64,000 nucleotides of DNA from a bacterium (lineage in GTDB: Bacteria > Desulfobacterota > DSWW01): positions 1 to 64,000 of the forward strand of contig JBFLZG010000105.1 of NCBI GenBank assembly GCA_040756235.1, written 5' to 3'. Positions 37,821 to 46,134 of the stretch are shown in pieces. The position numbers and the translations under genes were made by a program. Position 1 is the stretch's first letter. Each line of letters begins with the position of its first letter. The notes under the pieces are model-generated. The model saw nothing but the letters and a program-made list of their open reading frames with translations. It did not search any database and was not told the origin of the DNA.

Positions 37821-40800
37821 TCAGACTCCCTCGCCCAGATTGCCGGTGACCCAGCGGAGATCCACGAGGGCGGCCTGATAGTCGCGGCGCGCCCGGGCCA
37901 GGCTGCCCCGGGCGGTCGAGAGGTTGAGCTGGGCGTCGAGCACGTCGAGGTTGGTCTTGACGCCGTGCTCGTATCCCATCTCCGCCATGTACAGGAGCCG
38001 TTCCGCCTGAGCGACGGTGCCGGAGAGGGCGGTCACGATCTCGCCCGACTCCTGCACGGCGTCCACCACGGTGTGCGCCTCAAGGGAGATCGCGTCCTTA
38101 AGCTTGGCCTCCTCGATCTCGGCGGTGCGCACGTCGCTCTTGGCCTGGCTCACCAGGCCGCGGGTCCGGAGGCCGTCGAAAAAAGGGAAGGTGAGAAAGA
38201 GGCCCGCCTGCCACACGGCGCCTTCGGACTCGAGCCCCTCGACGTTGTAGCCCCGCCACCCGTATCCGGCCTGCACGTCCAGCCGCGGCTTGTCACCGGC
38301 GCGGGAGACCTTGACGAGCTCTTTGGCGACACCGATGCGATGCGCCAGCTCCTGCAGCTCGGGCCGGTTGCGCAAAGCTCCCTCCAGCACTTCCTCGTAG
38401 CCCGGCTGCGGCGACACGGCGGCGACCAGCGTTCCCTCCACCTCGATGGGCGTGCTTTCCCTGCCCAGGAGCAGGTTCAGCCGGTCCTTGGCGATGCGGA
38501 TGCGGTTCTGTGCCCGGATCAGCTCCGGCCTGGCGTTCTGCACCTCCACCGAGGCGGCGAGCACGTCGTACTCGGTGGCCGTTCCGGCCGCGAGCTTGCG
38601 GCTGGCCGCCTCCAGGTGCCGCTGCTTCTGCTCCAGGTTCTCGGCCGCGATGGCGGCCATCTCCTTGGCGAGCAGCACGTTGTAGAACTGCACCGAGACG
38701 TCCCGGGCGACCGCCTGGCGGTAGTACCGGAGCTGGTCCTCGCCGATGGCGATACCCAGCCGGGCGGCCCGGATGGCGGCGCCGACCTGCCCCCACGTGA
38801 ACACGGCCTGGGAGAGGGACACATCGGCGGCGGCCACGTCCCTCTCGAACGAGAAGATCCCGCCGAACTGCTCGGGGATGCCCTCGTAGAACTCGCGCTG
38901 GCTGTCGTCGTACTGGCGCGCGATATTCGAGGTGATGCTGAGATTGGGCAGGGCCGCGGCGCGCTCCTGCACGTACTTGCCCCGCACCCAGTTCTGGAAC
39001 TCCAGCGCCTTCTTGACGTCCTGGTTCTGCTCGGCTGCGATCACCAGCGCCTTCTCCAGCGTGAGAACTTCCACGGGCTGCGCCGCCTCCTCCTCGGAGG
39101 CCGCCTGAACGGGCTCAGGCCACGCCAGTGCCATGAGACCCTGGAGTCCGGCGGCCAGCAGCAGGACCGCAGCCCCGCCCGCCCCTTTCACGGCCCGCGC
39201 GCGCACCGGGACGGCCTCGGCCTCCGCGGCCGGCGCTTCGCCCCTGCCCAGGCGCCTGCGCACCCAGCAGGCAAAATCGTCGAGGACCGTGTACACGACC
39301 GGCACCACCAGCAGGGTGAGCAGGGTCGAGGTGATCAGCCCCCCGACGATGGTCCGCGCCATGGGCGCCCGCACCTCGCCCGCCGAGCCGAGCCCGAGGG
39401 CCAGGGGCATCATGCCGAAGATCATGGCGGTGGTGGTCATCAGGATGGGCCTGAGGCGCAACCTGCCGGCCTGGATCAGGGCCTCTTTGCGGTCCACGCC
39501 GCGGCCGCGCAGCACCTTGGTGAAATCCACGAGCAGGATCGCGTTCTTCGTCACCAGGCCCATGAGCATGATGAGTCCGATCATGCTCATGATGTTCAGG
39601 GTGTCGCCGGTCGCCGCCAGCATCAGCGCCATGCCGACCACGGACAAGGGAAGAGAGAGCATGATGGCCAGTGGATCCACGAACGACTCGAACTGGGCGG
39701 CCAGGATCAGGTAGACCATGATCACGGCCAGCAGCAGCGCCTCTCCCAGGTAGCCGAAGGACTCCTCCATTTCTTCGGTCTGCCCGTACAGGACCACGCG
39801 GTAGCCCGGGGGAAGCTCGAGGAGGCCGGCTGCCTTCTGGACCTCCTTGCCCGCCGTGCCGAGGGGCATGCCGTCCAGGTTGGCGGAGACCAGGACCTCG
39901 CGCCGCAGCCCGATGCGGTTGATCTCCGAAGGGGTCGTGCTCCTCTCGTAGCGCGCCAGGTCGCCGAGCCGCACCAGCGTGGGGCCGCGCACCGGATCGT
40001 GCACGGTCAGACGCAGGTTCTCCACCTGCGAGATATCGCCCCGGCCGTCTTCGGGCATCCGCACCTGCACGTCCACGGCGTCGCCGTCCTCGTCTTCGTA
40101 GGTGGAGACGGCCAGGCCGCCGACCAGCGCGCCGACGGAGCGCACGATCGCGGCGGTGTTCACCCCGGCGTCCTCGGTGCGCTCGCGGTCCACCACGAGC
40201 CGGTACTCCGGGGTCTCGTGCTCCAGGCTCACCTCGAGGTCGACGATGCCCGGGATGCGGTACATGTCCTCCTTGAGCCGGGCCGCGTACTGCTTGAGGA
40301 GCTTCAGGTCCTCGCCCCGGACGCCGACCATGAGCGGCTTGCGGTCGTCGAACTGCTCGGCCTCCATGACCGACACGACGATGCCCGGGACTGCGGCCAG
40401 CCGGGCCCGCACCTCGCGCATGATCGTCTTCTGCTTTCTGGACCGCTCCCTGCGATCGACGAGCTTGACGTAGACGGACACGTCCCGCACCGTCTCTCCC
40501 TCGCGCGCCCCGATGGTGCCGTAGGTGTGGTCGATCTCGGGGATTCCCTCCAGAGACGCGAGCACGGCCTGGAGCCGGTTTTCCGTCTCGCGGATCGAGG
40601 CGTCCGGTGCGGTCTTGAAGTTGAGCTGGAACTCGCTCATGTCATGGGGCGTGATGAACTCCTGCTCGAGCTGCACGAACACCGCCATTCCGCCCAGGAA
40701 GGCGGCCGTGGCGAGGCCCATGACGGTCTTGCGGTGGCCCAGGGACCACGCGATGACGTTGCGGTAGCGGTCCGCGGTACGATCGAACCAGTCGTTGAAC

Positions 40801-42323
40801 CGGTCCAGGACGCGGGCCAGGAAATGACGCCTGCCGGCGCGCCGGATATCGGGATCGAACCAGCGCGACGAGAGCATCGGATCCAGGGTGAAGGAGACGA
40901 ACAGGGAGACCAGGACGGCGAAGGCCACGGTGATGCCGAACTGGAAGAAGAACCGGCCCACGATCCCCTTCATGTAGGCGACCGGCACGAACACCGCCAC
41001 GATCGAGAAGGTCGTGGCCATAACCGCCAGCCCGATCTCGTTGGTGCCGTTGCGCGCCGCGGTGAAGTGGTCCTCGCCCCGTTCCAGGTGGCGCACGATG
41101 TTCTCCCGCACCACGATGGCGTCGTCGATCAGCAGACCGATGGCGAGCGAGAGCGCCATCAGGGTGAGCATGTTGAGGGTCATGCCGGCGAAATTCATCA
41201 CGATGAACGAGGAGATGACCGAGATCGGCAGGGTCAAGCCGGTGATGACCGTGGAGCGCCAGGAGTTGAGGAAGCAGAAGACGATGAGCACGGTGAGCAG
41301 GCCGCCGAGGAGCAGCGTCTCCTGGACGTCGCGGACGGACGCCCGGATGCTGATCGAGCTGTCCCGCACCACCTCGATGCCGGTGTCCGGTGGGAGCTCG
41401 GCCCTGAGCTTCTCGACCTCCTTCTTCACCGCGTCCACGACCGCCACCGTGTTGGCCCCCGACTGCTTCATCACGTCCAGGGCGACGGCCGGAATGCCGT
41501 TCACGAAAGCCATGGAGCGCTGCTCCTCGATGCCGTCGCGGACTTCGGCCACGTCCCCCAGGGTGACCGGGCGGTCCAGTCGCTGGGCGACCACCATACG
41601 GCGGAAATCGTCCACCAGGTCCGGCTTGCCCTGCACTCTGACCGGCACTTCCACGCCCCGCCGGGTGAGCCTGCCCAGGGGGGTGTTCACGTTCTCCGAC
41701 TGGAGCCCCGCGATCACCTCGTCCACCCCCATCCCCAATGCCTCGAGCCGCGCCGGGTCGAGGTCCACGTTCACCTGTCGCTTCGCGGGACCGACCAGGT
41801 CCACCCGGCCCACGCCCATGAGGTTCTGGATCCGGCGCTGAACCTTCTTTTCGACCAGCGTGGTCAGGTCGCGGGGCGTCAGGGTGTCCGAACGGATGGC
41901 CACGCTGATCACCGGCAGCGAGGAGAAGTCGAGCTTCTCGATGACAGGCTCCTCGATGGACTGGGGCAGGTCGCCCCGGATCGCCGAGACTTTGGCGCGG
42001 GCTTCCTGAGAGACGTTGTTGATGTCCACGCCGATCTCGAACTCGACCCAGACTTGTGAGACGCCTTCTCTGGAGATCGACCCCACGCGCTTGACGCCGG
42101 CGATGGGGTTGACGGCTTCCTCGAGGGGCTTGCTGACCTCCCGCTCCACGCTCTCCGGCGCCGCGCCCTCGAACACCGTGAGGACGGACAGGACCGGTAT
42201 TTCGACATCCGGGTACATGTCGATGGCGAGCCGGCGATAGGAAAAGATGCCCAGGGTCACCAGCGCGAGCATCATCACCGCGGCGAACACGGGACGTTTG
42301 ATGGACAGATCTGAAATCACCAT
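37821..42323 (-). CDS. RND efflux permease (AcrB/HAE1-like) fused to a TolC-family outer-membrane factor
   Basis: SIKRPV, GLLIDDAIVVRENI, KNAILLVD, RLRPILMTT; then LTLEKAL..., YEHG...LDVLDAQ..L; no stop between the two parts. Confidence 0.9.
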   Translation of the reverse strand: MVISDLSIKRPVFAAVMMLALVTLGIFSYRRLAIDMYPDVEIPVLSVLTVFEGAAPESVEREVSKPLEEAVNPIAGVKRVGSISREGVSQVWVEFEIGVDINNVSQEARAKVSAIRGDLPQSIEEPVIEKLDFSSLPVISVAIRSDTLTPRDLTTLVEKKVQRRIQNLMGVGRVDLVGPAKRQVNVDLDPARLEALGMGVDEVIAGLQSENVNTPLGRLTRRGVEVPVRVQGKPDLVDDFRRMVVAQRLDRPVTLGDVAEVRDGIEEQRSMAFVNGIPAVALDVMKQSGANTVAVVDAVKKEVEKLRAELPPDTGIEVVRDSSISIRASVRDVQETLLLGGLLTVLIVFCFLNSWRSTVITGLTLPISVISSFIVMNFAGMTLNMLTLMALSLAIGLLIDDAIVVRENIVRHLERGEDHFTAARNGTNEIGLAVMATTFSIVAVFVPVAYMKGIVGRFFFQFGITVAFAVLVSLFVSFTLDPMLSSRWFDPDIRRAGRRHFLARVLDRFNDWFDRTADRYRNVIAWSLGHRKTVMGLATAAFLGGMAVFVQLEQEFITPHDMSEFQLNFKTAPDASIRETENRLQAVLASLEGIPEIDHTYGTIGAREGETVRDVSVYVKLVDRRERSRKQKTIMREVRARLAAVPGIVVSVMEAEQFDDRKPLMVGVRGEDLKLLKQYAARLKEDMYRIPGIVDLEVSLEHETPEYRLVVDRERTEDAGVNTAAIVRSVGALVGGLAVSTYEDEDGDAVDVQVRMPEDGRGDISQVENLRLTVHDPVRGPTLVRLGDLARYERSTTPSEINRIGLRREVLVSANLDGMPLGTAGKEVQKAAGLLELPPGYRVVLYGQTEEMEESFGYLGEALLLAVIMVYLILAAQFESFVDPLAIMLSLPLSVVGMALMLAATGDTLNIMSMIGLIMLMGLVTKNAILLVDFTKVLRGRGVDRKEALIQAGRLRLRPILMTTTAMIFGMMPLALGLGSAGEVRAPMARTIVGGLITSTLLTLLVVPVVYTVLDDFACWVRRRLGRGEAPAAEAEAVPVRARAVKGAGGAAVLLLAAGLQGLMALAWPEPVQAASEEEAAQPVEVLTLEKALVIAAEQNQDVKKALEFQNWVRGKYVQERAAALPNLSITSNIARQYDDSQREFYEGIPEQFGGIFSFERDVAAADVSLSQAVFTWGQVGAAIRAARLGIAIGEDQLRYYRQAVARDVSVQFYNVLLAKEMAAIAAENLEQKQRHLEAASRKLAAGTATEYDVLAASVEVQNARPELIRAQNRIRIAKDRLNLLLGRESTPIEVEGTLVAAVSPQPGYEEVLEGALRNRPELQELAHRIGVAKELVKVSRAGDKPRLDVQAGYGWRGYNVEGLESEGAVWQAGLFLTFPFFDGLRTRGLVSQAKSDVRTAEIEEAKLKDAISLEAHTVVDAVQESGEIVTALSGTVAQAERLLYMAEMGYEHGVKTNLDVLDAQLNLSTARGSLARARRDYQAALVDLRWVTGNLGEGV

Positions 42324-42443
42324 GGCCGTACCCTGTTGCTCCTGTTGAAGGGGTCGGATCGCCTCATCCGTTGTCATGGTTGCCGGCGAGGACGACCGCG
42401 AGCGGCGCGCTTCTCATCTCATTCGGCGGGTGTCGACTCTTCT

Positions 42444-42546
42444 CCCTTCTCCCCTCGCCGAGGGGAGAAGGTCAGGTTGAGGGGTGCTTCTGCTCCTGCT
42501 TCCCCCCTCACCCTCGCCCTGTCCCCCGGACGCGGGGAAGAGGGGA
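42444..42546. repeat. CCCTCACCC-type palindromic repeat within the efflux operon
   Basis: Similar to 25322-25420. Confidence 0.65.
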
Positions 42547-42570
42547 GTTTTCGCCAGAGAACACGGGCGC

Positions 42571-43755
42571 TCACGGCTGGGCTGCCGCCGCGCTCCCATC
42601 GGCCGCAACGGTCCCGAGAGGCCCGGCCCCGGAACCGTCGGCCCCGCCGGCCTTGACCGAGATCCGGTCGCCGTTTCGGAGGTTGAAGGCGCCGCGCGTG
42701 ACGACCTGGTCGCCCGCGGCGATTCCTTCGGTCACCTCGACGTAATCCGCCAACGCCGTTCCGGTTCGGACCGCCCGCCGTTCAACGATCTCTCCCGAAG
42801 CCACGAACACCTCGCCCTCTTTGCGCGCCACGTCCCAGGAGAGAAGAGCGGAGCGGGGGATCTGCAGGACGCCCGTGCGCTTGCCGGTCAGGATCCGGCC
42901 TTTGGCGAACAGCCCGCCTCGCAGCACCTCCGGCTCGTTCGGAACGTCGGCCACGACCTTCACCGACCGGCTCACGGGATCGACCGTCGGATTGATGAAC
43001 ATGACCTTGCCGCTGAACGTCCGGCCCGGGAGCGCATCGGTCTCGAACTCGAGCAGCTGACCGACCCGGAGGACGGCGAGGGAAGCCGACGGGACGTTGA
43101 CCGTGAGCTCGAGCACCCGGTTGTCGACGATTCGGAACATCGGCCCGCCGCCCATGCTCTCGACCCGGTCCCCGGGATTCACGCCGCGGTAGGACACGAT
43201 CCCGTCAAAGGGGGCCCGTATCATCGCTTTCGCCAGCCGGGCCTCGGCCGCCTGCAACTGAGCCCTGGCCGCCGAGGTGGCGGCGGCCGCCGCTTCCCGT
43301 GCGGTGCGGGCGTCGTCCAGGTTCTGCTGAGTCACGAGCCCCACGCCCTTGAGCTTCTCGGCCCGCTCCAGCTCGCGCACCGCCCGCGTCTCCTCCACCT
43401 GGGCCTGCAGCACGGCTGCCCGGACCGCCTCGAGTGCTGCCTGCGCCTCCTGGGTGTCGAGCTTGGCCAGCGGCACGCCCCTGGCGACCCTCACCCATTC
43501 AGCGACGTAGACCTCCTCCACCACCGCCGTGTACTCGGACTTGACGTCAGCCACGAACTTGGCGGACAGCGAGCCCACGACCTCGATCGATTCCTCGAGC
43601 TCGCCGGTGGTCGCCGCGGCCAGCTCCACGGCCACCGGCGGGCGGCCGGACGTCTCCACGCTTCCCTCCCCGGACCCCGAACAGCCGGCAGCCGCGGCGG
43701 CGGCTGCGAGCGCAGCCAGGACGAGCAGACCCTGCCACCCCATTTTGCCTCTCAT
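42571..43755 (-). CDS. RND periplasmic adaptor (MFP) lipoprotein
   Basis: Lipobox AAGC, IRAPFDG, INPTVDPVSRS, GDQVVTRG. Confidence 0.93.
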   Translation of the reverse strand: MRGKMGWQGLLVLAALAAAAAAAGCSGSGEGSVETSGRPPVAVELAAATTGELEESIEVVGSLSAKFVADVKSEYTAVVEEVYVAEWVRVARGVPLAKLDTQEAQAALEAVRAAVLQAQVEETRAVRELERAEKLKGVGLVTQQNLDDARTAREAAAAATSAARAQLQAAEARLAKAMIRAPFDGIVSYRGVNPGDRVESMGGGPMFRIVDNRVLELTVNVPSASLAVLRVGQLLEFETDALPGRTFSGKVMFINPTVDPVSRSVKVVADVPNEPEVLRGGLFAKGRILTGKRTGVLQIPRSALLSWDVARKEGEVFVASGEIVERRAVRTGTALADYVEVTEGIAAGDQVVTRGAFNLRNGDRISVKAGGADGSGAGPLGTVAADGSAAAAQP

Positions 43756-44390
43756 CGACGGTGCTCCTTGCCTGTGGGCTTCTTGCTCGAAATGCCTTCG
43801 AAGATCACTTCCAGGACCTGGTCCAACTCGGCAACGTCCACGTGCTGCTCCGGGTGGTCCAGGGCGGCCTCCACGCAGGCGCCCGTGGCGCCGTGCAGGG
43901 CCGTGGCCATGGCCAGTACGTTTCCGGGACGCAGCTCCTCGTTCTCGATCCCCTCCCGAATCAGGTGCTCGAGGGCGTTCTGGTAAGTGTGATGAAACGC
44001 GTCGAAGTCGAATTCGGGCGCCCCCTGGGGCGGCCCGTGATAGGCCCCCAGGATCAGCCGGACGTATTCGATGTTGTCCCGGAAGAGCTGGAACAACTCC
44101 CTGGCAAGGCTCAGGATCCGCTCCCTTGCGCTCTCGGGTCTCGAAAGGACGCCCTGGATCCGGTCCTCGAATGCTTCACGGGCGTCCTCGAGGAGGGCGA
44201 GGTAGATTCCTTCCTTGCTGCCGAAATAGTAATAGAGGACGGGCTTGGTGACGCCGGCGGCCTCGACGATCTCGCGCACCGTCGTGGCGGCGTACCCGCG
44301 CCTGTTGAAGAGCTCGATCGCCACGCGAAACAGCCGATCCCTCGCCCCGATGTCAGCGGGCTCGTGGGCCTCTGCGCTCACTTCCGTCAC
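43752..44390 (-). CDS. TetR/AcrR family regulator
   Basis: LFNRRGYAATTVREIVEAAGVTKPVLYYYFGSKE. Confidence 0.93.
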   Translation of the reverse strand: MTEVSAEAHEPADIGARDRLFRVAIELFNRRGYAATTVREIVEAAGVTKPVLYYYFGSKEGIYLALLEDAREAFEDRIQGVLSRPESARERILSLARELFQLFRDNIEYVRLILGAYHGPPQGAPEFDFDAFHHTYQNALEHLIREGIENEELRPGNVLAMATALHGATGACVEAALDHPEQHVDVAELDQVLEVIFEGISSKKPTGKEHRR

Positions 44391-44462
44391 CCTCCCCTGG
44401 AGGACGAAAATCCGGCAATCCGCACCCCGACGACTGCCGGACCCCGATGGAATTCCGTGACC

Positions 44463-44503
44463 TACCTACCGGTAAGTATAGCTAAGGAGAAGAAAAGAAG
44501 CAA
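44463..44503 (-). promoter_or_regulatory. Sigma70 promoter with overlapping TetR-type operator
   Basis: TTGCTT-17-TATACT; near-perfect palindrome TACCTACCGGTAAGTA at 44463-44478. Confidence 0.7.
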
Positions 44504-44652
44504 CCACTGGAGAGGGGACAATCCGTCAGCGAATAGAAGGGTCTTGCCTGCACGGCTCGGCGCCGTGCCGCAGCGCGCAGGGCGGGGGTCGGAGCACAGG
44601 CCGCCTTCCGGGCCGGGCGCAGGGTCAGGCCTGCGCCCGCGGCGCGGAAGCA

Positions 44653-45102
44653 TCAGGCCATCTTGGAGCGGACTTTCTCCTTCTGCTCTGTAAAGCTCGC
44701 CAACACTTCCTCCAGTTGCTCTTCTTCCATCAACTCCCGCGTCAGCTCGAAGATGCTGTCCTCTTCTTCCTCGATGTGATGCTCCACGAGCTCCTTGAAC
44801 ACGCTCAGCTTGGCAGGCCACTGCTCGTCCGCTCGGGACAGCTTCTCCAGCTCTTTCAGCACGGTCTTCGTCACATGGTGTTCTTCAACCGACTCCAGCA
44901 CCTTTTCGCGGGCCCCTTTCTTTTCTTTCAGAACGGGGTAGTAGGCTTTCTCCTCCGCCTCCATGTGCGGCGTGATCTCCTTCTTGAGCTTGGCGAAGAG
45001 ATCTTCTCTCTGCTTGGAGCCGCCATTGGTTGTCTTCTTCAGCTTCTCGAGGATTCCTTTGAGCTCCTCGTGGTCCTTTTGAATGGCCTGTAGTAAGTCC
45101 AT
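44653..45102 (-). CDS. Hemerythrin/HHE cation-binding domain protein
   Basis: DHEE, HMEAEEKAYYP, EEHH, HHIEEEE. Confidence 0.9.
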   Translation of the reverse strand: MDLLQAIQKDHEELKGILEKLKKTTNGGSKQREDLFAKLKKEITPHMEAEEKAYYPVLKEKKGAREKVLESVEEHHVTKTVLKELEKLSRADEQWPAKLSVFKELVEHHIEEEEDSIFELTRELMEEEQLEEVLASFTEQKEKVRSKMA

Positions 45103-45363
45103 GCGCTTTTCTCCCGACTTGGTGTTAACCGTCCCCGGGCCTGACGGCCCGTTCCCTCCCTGGAGCCTCGACTCCCGTCTGATGCGCGGGCAATCCGCCC
45201 GGTTCCGGGAGCCGGAGTACTGCGCCGCCATACCGTCGACCGGATCCGCGGGGCTCGACCCCCTACGGGGATCCATGGCCAACGCAGGCTGGCCCGGTTC
45301 TGCGCGCATCTAAGTCAGGAATGATGTGTTTTTTTTGAACTGCGAAGCCGCAAGGAGCAGAAC

Positions 45364-46035
45364 ATGCGATTCAAAGACGGGGCAAGCGTGGTTACCGCCG
45401 GGGGCGACAAGGTGGGCCGCCTCGATCGAGTGGTCCTGAACCCGAAGACGTGCCGGGTGACGCACCTGGTCGTTCGCAAGGGGTTCCTGCTCACCCGGGA
45501 CAGGGTGGTCCCCGCAGAGAGGGTCGCCTCGACGGACGAGAATACGATACGCCTCGGGGACCCCACGGGCGACCCGGAGACCTTTCCCGAGTTCAGGGAA
45601 ACCGAGTTCGTGGATGCCGACGTGGACATGGCTCGAAGAACGGCCGACGACCGGAACTATGCGGCCCCGATCTAGTGGTACCCCGACCTCAGCTCAACGG
45701 CGATGGGCGGCATCGGCTCGTACGGACCGGTTCCGCCCACTCCCACGTACTTACCGGTGCGGTCGCAGACCCGGGAGAACATCCCCGAGGGCACGGTGCC
45801 GCTGAAGGAGGGCGCCAGTGTGACCGGCAACGATCGCCGGCACGTGGGAGACCTGGAGCAGGTCCTCGTCGGCGAGGACACGAAGCACACCACCCATCTG
45901 GTGATCTCGCACGGGCTTCTTCTGAAGAAGAAAAGGCTTGTTCCGGTCGAGTGGATCGACGAGGTCGAGGAGGACGAGGTCCGGCTGGCGGTCGGGTCGC
46001 GCCTGATCGGGACGCTGCCGGAATACCAGGAGTGA
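45364..46035 (+). pseudogene. Tandem PRC-barrel protein interrupted by an in-frame TAG (45673-45675)
   Basis: Two PRC repeats (GASV...G..VG.L..V......THLV...G.L) in one frame; the junction reads YAAPI*WYPD. Confidence 0.7.
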
Positions 46036-46134
46036 ACCGCGGCCGCGGAGCCGGATCCGCTGGTTCCCGCAACCCGCGACCGGTCGGAGAATCCGGGCTG
46101 ACGACCGCGGTCTCCGCAGGCTTCTCACGTGCCC

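Noticed and set aside
37767..42059. 1430-aa plus-strand ORF and many other long antisense or shifted ORFs (e.g. 1534-3642, 6478-8628, 9910-11841, 58378-60291)
   Set aside because: They are shadow frames of well-supported genes in high-GC DNA and show no motifs
45673..45675. Genome-wide amber recoding
   Set aside because: TAG ends many complete genes here (e.g. 1853, 3241, 29365, 30373)
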